In this document: positions 36,476 through 47,600 of the stretch, piece by piece
Position numbering within the stretch: the first letter of the stretch is position 1
Layout: the number at the start of each line of letters is the position of its first letter
NCBI GenBank assembly: GCA_036785375.1
Contig: JAWMAR010000421.1
Coordinates: forward strand, 806,001 to 870,000
DNA from: Leucoraja ocellata
Lineage: Eukaryota
DNA: 64,000 nt
Direction of reading: 5' to 3'
Translations under genes and position numbers: made by a program
Notes under the pieces: model-generated
Databases searched by the model: none
The model's input: the letters and a program-made list of their open reading frames with translations, nothing else
What the model was told of the DNA's origin: nothing

Positions 36476-37202
36476 GGTCCACGCTAGTGCATTAATATTC
36501 CCACCCCCTTGTTGATCAATTTCCCGCTTGGGACCCTACCGAAGACCCTCTAAAAATCAAAATACCCCACATCCACTGGATCCCCTTATCCGTTCCACAA
36601 GTCACTCCATCAGAACACCATTAGGCGTTCTTCCCCCTTCATAGATCCTCGCCCAACTCTCTCCAATATTGCCCATGTTTTTTTGTATTTAATGCGCGCG
36701 GCGCTGCGGGACCCTTACGGACTGAAAACAATATTTAATATTTAATCACCGAATATTTAATGACATCTGACTAGAGTTGCTTGAATATTCAGAGAGTAAA
36801 TTATTTCAGTTTCCATAGATACCGGTCCCCGAGTCATTCTTTCTTCTGCAGAAATGGGTCAAGATTGTGCAGGTCGGTCGGGAGGCTGATTAACATCGGC
36901 TTGGCGCCCTGGTTAGTCGGTGCTCGGGTCTGGCCCCCTCCAGCCGGCCCGCCGGAGGATCAGGTTCAGGTTCAGGTTCAGGGCGGGTGAGCGAGCTGCG
37001 CAGAGATTACAGATCCCGGCTTAAAACTGCCGCGTTCACCTTCTCCCAAATCTCTTTAGAACGAGAAGCCCAGTGTTGGGCGACGCTGGGAATGAGCCCG
37101 TGATCCAGGAGCGGAGACACAGGCTCGCCGCTCGGGCACCGCTGGTGGGCCTGGTGTAAATATCCAACATTGGACATTGGAGCGTTGAGGAACGGAGACG
37201 GG

Positions 37203-38543
37203 ATGTTTCCGGGGCGCAGGAGGAGACTGAGCTGGAGTCGGGTAGTCTTCTTGCTCGCCGCGCTGACCATTTGCTCTCTCTCGCGGTTCCCCACCGGGTC
37301 GTGGCCGGGATCGACGCTGTGGGGAGCGGGAGCCGGAGGCGCCTCCTTCCCTTACAGCAGAAGACTGCTGCAGGTCACAACATCTGGCAACGCGCACACC
37401 CAGCTCCCCGGGACCCGGAATCCACACCCTCGCCTCCCCGGGGCTAGAAGCCCCGACCCAGGACTCCCCACGACCAGCAGCCCCGACCCAGGACTCTCCA
37501 CGACCAGCAGCCCCGACCCAGGACTCCCCACGACCAGCAGCCCCGACCCAGGACTTCCCACGACCAGCAGCCCCGACCCAGGACTCCCCACGACCAGCAG
37601 CCCAGACCCCGGGCTTGCGCGGACCAGAAGCGCTCACTCTGAGACCCCGAGTCCCCACCCCGGCCCCCACGGGTCTAGCACCCCCAACCCCGGTCTCACC
37701 GGCACCAAGAGCCCCCGGCCAGGGTTCCTCGGCCCCAACAACCCGTTAACCAGAGACTCCAACAACTGGCCCCCTCCCAACCAGACCAGCGCCGCCGCCA
37801 TCAGCAGCGAGCCGGCCCCGTCGGAGAAGCCTAGACTAAGGGGATGTATCCTGGTGGGCAACGAGATCGTGCCGGTGCCGGCGCCCACAATGGCAGCTTC
37901 CACGCCGGGCAGCAGCGAGGCACCGGCCGGCAGCGTGGAGCCTCCCCCCGGCCACATCAGGAGCGCGTACCCGGTGGATGTATTCAGCCTGGAGGAGCGG
38001 CGCCAGGGCTGGGTGCTGCTCCATGTGACGGGCATGGTCTACATGTTCATCGCGCTGGCGCTGGTGTGTGATGAGTTCTTCGTGCCGTCTCTGGGCGCCA
38101 TCACTGAGAGGCTGAAGATCTCGGACGATGTGGCGGGCGCGACCTTCATGGCGGCCGGGGGCTCGGCGCCAGAACTCTTCACCGCCCTGATCGGGGTCTT
38201 CATCTCGCACAGCAACGTGGGCATCGGCACCATCGTGGGCTCAGCCGTCTTCAACATCCTCTTCGTCATCGGCATGTGCGCCATCTTCTCCCGGGAGATC
38301 CTTTACCTCAGCTGGTGGCCGCTCTTCCGCGACGTCTCCTTCTACATCGTCGACCTGCTGATGCTCATCGTCTTCTTCCTGGACAACATGATCTGTTGGT
38401 GGGAGAGCCTGTGCCTCCTGCTCGCCTACCTGGCTTACGTGGGCTTCATGAAGTACAACAGCGAGATCGAGCAGTGGTTCAAGCGCCAGATCACCAACAA
38501 CAGCAACGTGGTCAAAGTGATGTCCCTGCTCCACGGCGTCAAG
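37203..38543 (+). CDS. SLC24A1: SLC24A1 (NCKX1) first coding exon: N-terminus, extracellular loop, TM1-5 with alpha-1 repeat
   Basis: ATG at 37203 gives [18 protein letters not shown] (NCKX1-type start); [19 protein letters not shown]; CDEFFVP; [16 protein letters not shown]; [19 protein letters not shown]; donor AAG|gtgagt. Confidence 0.95.
37405..37740 (+). repeat. In-frame 30-bp coding minisatellite ([10 protein letters not shown])n in the NCKX1 extracellular loop
   Basis: ccccacgaccagcagccccgacccaggact ~5 near-perfect copies (37465-37615) with degenerate flanking units. Confidence 0.9.
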
Positions 38544-39914
38544 GTGAGTGCAAAAATCGCTGTCTTATCTAAAAGACAGATAGGGTCCCTGGATGTTAGG
38601 AAGGGAACATATGAAATTATGGGAGGTGCAACAGCAATTACAATGATAAGTAGCATACGACAGAGAGAGGTAGATGGGGATGGAAGAACACATCCGAGAG
38701 TCATAAGGAGAGGGCTGAAAGGAGAGGAGTGGGGAATATGTATGGTAATGGAATCTTGTTGGAACTGACAGAAGTTGCAAAGTAAGCCACACCAGTGCAT
38801 TAGAATAAGAGTGGAGACCAAAATAGGCCTGAAATAAGGACTGCTCCATGTCTCCCAGATAAAGACACAGGTAGCTCAGGCACTACAAGTTCACTTCACC
38901 TTTAATTTGGAGAAAGTGAGTGGAGTTGAAGGAGAAGTAGTTCATTGTGGGGACTGATTCAGAGGGCGCTCAGACCCTTCAGGTCTGAGGTGGAGATAAA
39001 GAGTGATTGGACATCCATGGCAAAGATGAGCCAGTTGGCAAAGTGGTGGAGGACATTAGAAGTCGCACATATGCCAAGTACAGAGCATCATTGGGGTGAC
39101 TCTGAGCTTCTAGTTCCCTGTCACCAGCTTTCTCCATCCTGATTGTTCAATCTCTGGCTTCATGCACTGCTGCAAGGCCCAAGCTTGAGGAGCAACACCT
39201 CATCTTCCCCATGGACATGTTGCAGCTTAGGACTCAACGATGCATTTAATCATCTCGAAAAACGTGCTTTTCTTCTGTATCAGTTCTGCTGTAAGGTTTC
39301 AGCTGTAACATCATTCTTCTATCTGTCGTTGTTCATTGTTCAAGTAGCTGAGCAGTTCCAGCATTCTTCCGTAAAAGGAAATTTAAACATTCAGAAAATG
39401 CTGGAAACACACAGCAGCTCAGGCAGAATCTGTGGAAGAGGTAAGCGAGTTTATGCTTCAGGTCAAAGAACTTGATCAGAGCTGGGAAAGTGAGGAATTG
39501 GTTTGTTGACTTGGTCTGCCTCTTTCCCAGTTGTAACAAAGAGCTTCAACCTGAAACACGACTTTGTTTCTTTTTCCACAGTTACTACTTGTCCTGCTGA
39601 GTATGCCCAGCACTTATTCCATACAGCTAATATGTTGCTTCACCAGTCACCAAATCTGCTCAAGGACCCTTTTCCGGCCACATGCATTCTTCATTTCCTG
39701 CAAAGATATGGGGTACTTTTGCTATGCAGGCATACATCTCATGCCCAGGAGTCAGTCATTCTTCCACTACCCTTTGTTCTTTCAAATTACTTTATGTCTA
39801 AATGTTGGAATTAAACATTATGTTGGAGAGAAGTTGAGCTGGACCACTGGCTGTTCCAACTGAAGGCTTTGGCAACCTCGCTTCCAACTCCACCTCCACG
39901 ACAATGTGAGTGTG

Positions 39915-40095
39915 TCAGGAACTGCAGATGCTGGAAAATCGAAGGTACACAAAAATGCTGGAGAAACTCAGCGGGTGCAGCAGCATCTATGGAGCGAAGG
40001 AGATAGGCAACGTTTCGGGCCGAAACATTGCCTATCTCCTTTGCTCCATAGATGCTGCTGCACCCGCTGAGTTTCTCCAGCATTTTTGTGTACCT
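39915..40095. mobile_element. Young foldback Penelope-type insertion with target-site duplication
   Basis: ~76-bp inverted arms (39943-40018 / 40020-40095) with 2 differences; direct repeat acctccacgacaatgtg at 39892-39908 and 40092-40108. Confidence 0.75.
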
Positions 40096-40989
40096 CCACG
40101 ACAATGTGTTTGATAGACTCCAACAATGAACTTCTGTTCTGAGTGCACTTGCAAGTTGTTTCTCAACAGCATGCACACTTTAGAGCAATCAGCAAATTTG
40201 TATGCCATTGAAATTATTTTACAACCTCCATGCACACTGCTCAATCAATTCTGTCAGTAACCACACAGTCTGCTGACAGTCTCAGTTATTACCTTTTCTT
40301 TAAAATGGTTCCCTTGTCACGGTAATGACAGGAGGTGCAGACAGGAAATGTCCCAGCAGCGTGTGTCTGCTCTCCTTCCTTGAGTAACCTCCAGCGGGAG
40401 CTCATCTCACAGGGACTGTTCATAATTCATTCTGATTAATCCCGTGTTACCTTGACCCATTTTAAACTAATTGCTGTGGAGCTTTGCACATGAGCCTGTG
40501 AAAAGAGAGAGATTAAGTATTGTGGATACATGCGGCCTTAATTTTAAGTATTTAGTTCACCATGCCAGTTGTGCATAGTTTGTGTAAAATATCAACCCTC
40601 CATTTACCTAAAAGAGAAAGCATGACCATTGTGACCACTCAACCACCTGGAAATTGTCCACCTATTTAACATCTTGTAGTGACGTATAGAAAACATCCCC
40701 AATGAAAGTTTGCAAAGAAAGAACCCTCTGCATCCAGGAAACTGCCTGGAATCTGGAGGAAGTACACGGCAGACCGTTTGGGTCATGACATTGCATTAAG
40801 ACTGACAGTGTTGAGGGGGAGATAGACATAATGAGGTCGGAGAGATGAGAGGTGGAACCAGTTAAGGGATGATGATGGCCAAATGGAACCAGGAGGGGGA
40901 GAGAGATGAATCTTGGTAATGAGAGAGGATGAAAAAGGTGAACAAAGGGAGAGAGACCCTGTGTGGATTGGAAAGAGTGGGAAAAGAAC

Positions 40990-41400
40990 AAAATAGGATC
41001 AGGGATCCTTAAATTGAAAAATCAACATTCATACCATGGCTTCCCAAGTGGAATATCAGGTGTTGTTCTTCTCGTTTGCATTTGTCCTCATCCTGGCTGC
41101 GAAGAAATGTGGGTATGGAAAACGGAGGAAAGATGGGTGTGGAAATGGGAAAGGAAGTTGAAATGAGATGTAACTGGAAGCTCAAGATGTCCGCCCTCAG
41201 GTCAGGTCCACTGTATCTAGTATGCGCTTGGTCTCACCATTGTAGATGAGGTCACCAAATGCATTCGGCCAGGTTAGAGGAAGTACACTTGAATCTCTGC
41301 CTCACCTGGAAAGACTTAATTTTACTTGGATGGAGGTTGGAGAGGAGATATTTGGAGCAGGCGTCGGACCTTTTAGCAGGTGAATTTGAGGGCAGGGTTG
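40990..41400 (-). mobile_element. Penelope-like element fragment (GIY-YIG region)
   Basis: Minus ORF ...KSFQVRQRFKCTSSNLAECIW; then atctacaatggtgagaccaagcg. Confidence 0.65.
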
Positions 41401-42641
41401 GTGGAAAAGATGGTAAAATCCTAACGAGTGCAGGAAGCAACTGTCAGTGAAGCAGAGAACAAGTTGGGGATAGGTACCAGAGTAAGTTTGGAACAAGTAC
41501 TATTCCCTGTAGCCAATATAAAGATTGGCGTAGCTGTGCTCATGACTATTCCTTTGATTTGTAGATGGAGGGATTAATCGAAAGATAAGTTTTTGAGGGT
41601 GAGAGCAAGTTCTGCCAGATGAATTAGAGCGTTGGCAGTGTTGGTGTTGCCTCATGCGTCTCCTTGACCTGGAATCATTGCTTGCCATCCCATCCCAACA
41701 TTTATTGGGCCAGCGGGAGAGGGCTGGGCTCACTAACTGCCTGCCACTCCATTCACTCAGCCAGGTCTGAATATCTGAATGGGTGGAGTCATAGAGAGGC
41801 CCCATCCCCTAAACACAGATGGAGTTTGACAGGCAGCAAAGATGGGGGTGGAGCTTTGTTTGTGAGTAATTTCAACTTCTTTGAAAATGTAATTAAATAC
41901 TGAAAAAGATTAAGAATTACTTTATTTTCTGATAAAAATCTAAAATTAATTAAAACAAGTAAAACACCTGGAAGTAACTAAAAACATGAAACTAAAGCGA
42001 CATGGTAAAAAATAACTGACCTTCCTCTCTCCATTTAACCAGCAGGCTTGACTCAAACCCATCAGCTTGAGGTGGTTTCTGATTTTCTGCGTGAGAGTTC
42101 TGTGCGGGTTGGAAAGGGAGATAGTTACGTGGATAGACTGAAAATAAACACAAAAGAAGGTCCCAAAGAGAAATGTCGTCTGTACATTTCACTACACACA
42201 TCAAACACTTGTTCCTCCAGCACTTCAATTTTGTTTTGGCTCCAGATTCCGACAATGCCAGTTTTTTTGTGTCTCCTGAAAACTATCTTATTTTCAAATG
42301 TAACTGGAACGCTTCCCAAACGGCCCTAGCTTGGTCTCCGACTTTAAGAGCGTCCTCGGAAGCTTCCTCATTGACCAAATCTGTGAGCACCAGTCCTGAT
42401 ATCCTTGTGTTTAGCCCTGTATTGTTTCTTAAAACTCCACTGCCTATGGGTGCGATCATACAAGTGAAATAATGAAAGAATGGTCACTTGCTTATGAAGA
42501 TTTAGAAAGTCATAATTGGGGTGGGATTGTATCTAAAGATCTAATCTGTCACAATTTGCCATCCAAATCTTTATGGAAGTCAGTATTATGAAACATTTGC
42601 ATGGTGAATAATTTTCAATTTCTCTTTCTTGCATGAAGAAG

Positions 42642-42695
42642 AACACTGATATTGATCTCAAAGATGAAGAACCAAGTGATAATACCAGGCTCAAG
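42642..42695 (+). CDS. SLC24A1: SLC24A1 exon, 54 nt (57 nt if the upstream NAG is used)
   Basis: tctttcttgcatgaagaag|AAC ACT GAT...CTC AAG|gtaaaa; NTDIDLKDEEPSDNTRLK resembles the short NCKX1 loop exon ending DNKKLK; phase 0-0. Confidence 0.75.
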
Positions 42696-44170
42696 GTAAA
42701 AGTGCAACTAGGCAGAATCCAGTAATTAATACGCTGAACCACCATGCAAAGCAGATATTGCTTTTGGTTTGTGTCATAAATGGCTTTAGAAAATTTACAA
42801 AAAGAATTGTGGTTTCATGGACTAAAGTTAATCTCTACAATCCATCATGGTCACATTTCCCTTTTGATAAGATGGAAAAGGAAATAGATTCTCAGTTTGA
42901 ATCAACCAGGTTCTTATTCCAATCTAACATTCTTGAAAATCTTCTCTGAACTGATTACAAAGCATGAAGTCCTTTTTAGATAAGGAAACCAAAAATGTGC
43001 CCTGGACTGGTCTTGTCAATGCCCTACACAAGTGAACTTGACTTGCCTACATTGTATTCAATTTCTCTTCTCATGGAAAGTACTTTTACACTTTCTTTCC
43101 ATCAGAAAATGTCACACGATAATTCCACCTGTTATTTATCTAAATTGTGAAATGTTGTGGGCTCTGCACTTGTCCCTATCGCACACCATTCCTTACACCT
43201 GGACAACCAGGAACAAACTCATTTATTCTACCCTATGGTTCTCTTCACCAACCGATCTTCATGCGATTATGTTATCTCCTACATCGTGAGCTTTTAATTT
43301 GCGATCATAACCTGTAATACAGCCTGCTGGATAGTACATGGCCTGTTTCTCATTAATCCACAACACCAGTTATTTTTTGTCAAACAATTCTAATAACTCA
43401 ATGTCCCGTCTTCAAATCATTGCCCGATAACCCTGAATTAATTTAAATGCCCAGCTTTAACAACAGGGTCCACATTTTCCAAATGATAGACATTGAACTA
43501 ACCAGGCTGTAATTTTCTATGTCCTGTCTTCCTCCATTTTTGAATAAAATAGTTATATTTTCCATTTCCAATCCAATGGAGCCTTCCCAGTTACTTTGGA
43601 ACATTTAAAAAATAGCGCATCAACTATTCCAACAATCACTTATTTAAGATCCTAGAATGAGGTCTGTCACGACCAAGAAGATGTTCAGTTTATTGCTCCA
43701 ACAGTTTGTTCAGTCCCACAGGCCTGATGATTGTACTTTTCCTCAGCTCCTTGCCTTTTATTTCCCAATATAGAGCTACTTTGGTATTATTTCTTGTATT
43801 TTCTATCATAAAGACTGATCCTATACACTTGTTTCATTCATCCTCCAATTCATTTCAATTACTTATTCCCCAGACTCACTTTTTTTATGGCAGCAATTTG
43901 TTAACACTTTATTTATTCTCTTCCACCTCCATGCTCATTAGCGCCGACTCTGGAAATCTCTTCCTGACCCTTTATCTCTACTTCCTCCTTAAATGGACCT
44001 ACCTCTTTAGCCAAGCTTTTGGACTCAAATTCTGCTGGATACTACTCATGTGAAGCAGATTGTGGCATGTTGACATGTGACTGTTCTGTAGTAGGCCATC
44101 ACTTGGTTACAGTAGGAGCTCTCACACTTTAATCAGATACATCCTGTAAACTTAATAAGAAACAATTAGG

Positions 44171-44283
44171 GGAGAGAGAGAGGGCGAGATGGAGAGAGGG
44201 AGAGGGAGAGGGCGAGGGAGAGGGAGAGGGAGAGGGAGAGGGAGAGGGAGAGGGAGAGGGAGAGGGAGAGGGAGAGGGAGAGA
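44171..44283. repeat. (GGGAGA)n microsatellite
   Basis: Directly visible purine tract. Confidence 0.95.
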
Positions 44284-44593
44284 ACTTGAAATATATGTTG
44301 CTTGTCAGATGTGGAGAGGGTGTTTCCTCCTATGGGAGAATCTGGAATTTGGAGGTTACTTTAACTTAAGAGTTCATCCATTTAAGTCCACAACAAGGTG
44401 AACATTGTTCATTCAGACCCTCTGGAACGCTCTTCCATGGATGAGAGAAAACCAGGGATAGATGTAAATGTGATTTGAGGGTAGAGTCAGTTGAGTGGTT
44501 TAATTCCTACTCCTAATTTCCATTTTTGTATATATTTGGTGTAAATATTTTGAAATATTTTAGTGTGATTTCTTATTTAATGTTTATCCAAAG

Positions 44594-44696
44594 GAGACTC
44601 TAGCGCCAGGATGCAGCACACCCTCTCTACACAACAGCACCCTGCGAAGCACCATATTCCAGCTCATGATCAACACACTGGACCCCTTAACTGAAG
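44594..44696 (+). CDS. SLC24A1: SLC24A1 exon, 103 nt
   Basis: tccaaag|GAG...GAA G|gtgagc; SLHNSTLRSTIFQLMINTLDPL. Confidence 0.92.
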
Positions 44697-47600
44697 GTGA
44701 GCCGTGAGTAACCAGTCACTCACACTGAACGGGCTGGGTCAGGTCAGTTCAGGTCCCCGTAATCAGATGCAATCTTGAGCTGTTTGCCATTACTTACAAC
44801 CAGAGAGTTATGATTACAATTTCATAGCGGCTAAACTTCCCATCAGAAGATTAAGTCAAAAAAAATCTTTGGTGTAATAGCAAAGTTAGTTCAATGTTAA
44901 CCATGTATTGTTTTTTCCACAAAGTTCACTGTGTCATGTGGTCAGCTAGGCTGACTTTGTGAAGGACACTCACCGCACTGGACAGAGGTTTAACTGGAAT
45001 TTCAGTGGAGGCTTAACACACCATTAATAAATAGCAATAAATTGTAAAATATTTTAAGATCATTCCTCATTTCTGCCAGCCTTGTTCTTTCCCATTCCTT
45101 AGATCTTCACGGGCTTTGCCAGGGAGGAGAGACTGTCTCCTCGTGGAGAATCTGGAACCTGGGGTCAGTTTTTAAACGCAAGGGGTTTCCTATTTAAAAC
45201 AGAGAAAAGGTGCAATTTTTATTTTCTCGCAGAATTGAGTCTTTGGAAGCCTCTTCCTCAAAGGGAGATGTAAGCTGGGTCATTGAATATTATCAAGGCA
45301 GAAGTAGACAGATCTAGATAAGCAAGAGCAGAAACATTGTTGAGGGGACATCGGCCGTGAATTATTGAATTCATATATTTCCATGTTCAAGAGGATGGTC
45401 AAGGAATATGGTCTCTGGTCCTGTTGGCGTGTTTCCGTCCAGCCAGGAGCGATTACATGGAGGGTCAACTCTCCATCCATCTGACCCCTTCCATGTCACA
45501 GAATAACCTAATAAACAGCTTTATATTATCAATAAAGGGCCTTTTAACTCAGCAAAGTGAGAGTCTCCTTTCTCAATCACCCTCTGACACCTGCAGGATT
45601 ACCAACTCTGCTTTACAAAGATAGATAAGCAGAGATTGGAGGCTAATCAGATAAAGTGGGAGCTGCAGCTGCTGCCCTGCTCTTTCCCTTTCCTCTGGTA
45701 CACTGGGCTCAAGAGGAGGCGCCCATGTTATCAAATCCCTAATTATAGAGGGAGGCTACTTCAGAAGTTCCCTAATACAGAAATTACAAACAATATGCTG
45801 TAGGGACTCAGCGGGTTGAGCAGCATCTATAGAGGGAAAGAAATATCACCGTTTCAACTTGAGACTCTGCATCAGTTTTAAGAGTGGAAAGGGATGATAA
45901 CCAATACAAAATGAAGAGGGATTTCTTCCTTAGCAAAGAACTTTCTCTCTTCCCCGGAGTTCGATTAATGCTCAGAGTTGTCAATACCAGCTGGACACAT
46001 CACTGATAGTTTCACCAAAAGTCACAAGCCCTGTGCATTGGTTGTTCATCAACTCTCTCATAGCCAGTTGGATGAATAAATGATTCTTGCCCTGCAGTCA
46101 AACACTGCTAAGGACCCTGGCACTACTGCTTAGACTGTGTGCCGTTCAGAGTCTCAGGGGCTCCTCATATGGAAGCTGGAGCTTTGTCTTCCAGTGTTCT
46201 GCTTCATCAAGGAAGCACAAGACACGATATTAAAGAGGGACCCGTTTCCTCATTTCATTGCCAATGTTTGATGCGGTGATGATCGGTGTGGTGTTACAGG
46301 TGCAATATGAAAGCAGTTGTCAGCACTGAGGAGAGAGAAATGTAAATTAACAAATTGCTGATTAATGAAGTGCAAGACTGCAGTTAGTATTTCAACACTG
46401 CATCCTCACCCACCCACCCACCAACACACTGGCCAGACTGTAGCTCTGGAAATCTAATACATTGGTATGTTTCCTGCCATTTCGCTCTGTCCTTTCTCTG
46501 GAACACCTTCCATTGCTCCTGAGCTGAGGAACTTAGTCAGGTCCTTGCACAAATAACTTGCCTTGACCTTCTTTCCAAATCCACCTCTCAATGTTTGAGC
46601 TGGGGTTTGAACATGTCTTGGAACTAAACTTTTGGCCCAGATTAAAATTTCCTTTCATATTTCTGGAAAAACTCAAATGCACCTCCCCAATGATGTAGCA
46701 GACTTGTTTATTTGCTTAACATAAAATGTCATTAGTTTCAGTGTCAGGAAATCCCCGCTAGTCACAGACCTGAATCTTTTTCAAATCTCAACTCGCAAAG
46801 ATATAGTTCAATAGACAGCTGACAGGAATTGATTTTGTTGATTGGAGTTTGCTAATTACTGGGAGTTTTTCCTCCCTGTGCAAATTCCAAGTTTGACCTT
46901 CTCAGCACCCTGGCTTTGCTCCGGCAGCCAGGCCCTGCTACTGGATGCGTGTGAGATGAAGGAAAGTTCTTGGGTTGTAATCAGATTTGTTGAGAGCTGA
47001 AGGAAAGCTGGATCAAAGCGGGAGCCAATCAGCTTAACACCAAGCGATGAGTTAGCGCTCAGCGAGCCGTGTCGGATCCATCGCAGCGGCTGCTGCCCGC
47101 AGAGTGACTCCATCTCACTGTCACTCACTGACCAAGGGCAGCATCTGCACAGATACAGGATGGTTACTGCAGGAATACGCTATCCGACTCTCCAGCCCCT
47201 ACTGTGTTTGTCCAAGAGCCGTCTTGCTGGTCCTAGACCCCAACGTCTCCCCACGGTTCTGCAAATCATACTCAACTACTTATTCAGCTTTTTTCTGAAA
47301 GCAAGTTTGAATTTGCCCTCACCACTTCTCCAGCTTCACATTTCTGGCCGTTATTACTTGCTATGTCAGTAATTATTCCCTCATGTCATTTTTGGCTATT
47401 TTGCCAACTACTTTAACTTTCTCCTTTCGGCCCTTCCATCAATGGGAACTCTCTCTCTCGCTCTCTCTTCACTATGTTTACATCCTTCGTGAATTTAAAT
47501 TCCCCCCCACCCCCATCTGATCGTCTTGCATACACCCCTGTACCAAGGAGGGAAACCCAGCTCCTCTAATCTATCCACAGAACGAAACACTTTCAATCCT

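Larger units (their letters stand above)
36690..38545. promoter_or_regulatory. CpG-rich island covering the SLC24A1 5' region and large coding exon
   Basis: Dense CpG and high GC compared with the AT-rich flanks (judged by eye). Confidence 0.55.

Noticed and set aside
37170-38768. 532-aa single-exon protein, or a call as SLC24A2
   Set aside because: The ORF starts at TTG and reads through the donor at 38544. The [10 protein letters not shown]-terminus, long extracellular loop and acidic tract fit SLC24A1.
44189-44401. RG-repeat protein ORF
   Set aside because: Translation of a (GGGAGA)n microsatellite followed by a CR1 remnant.
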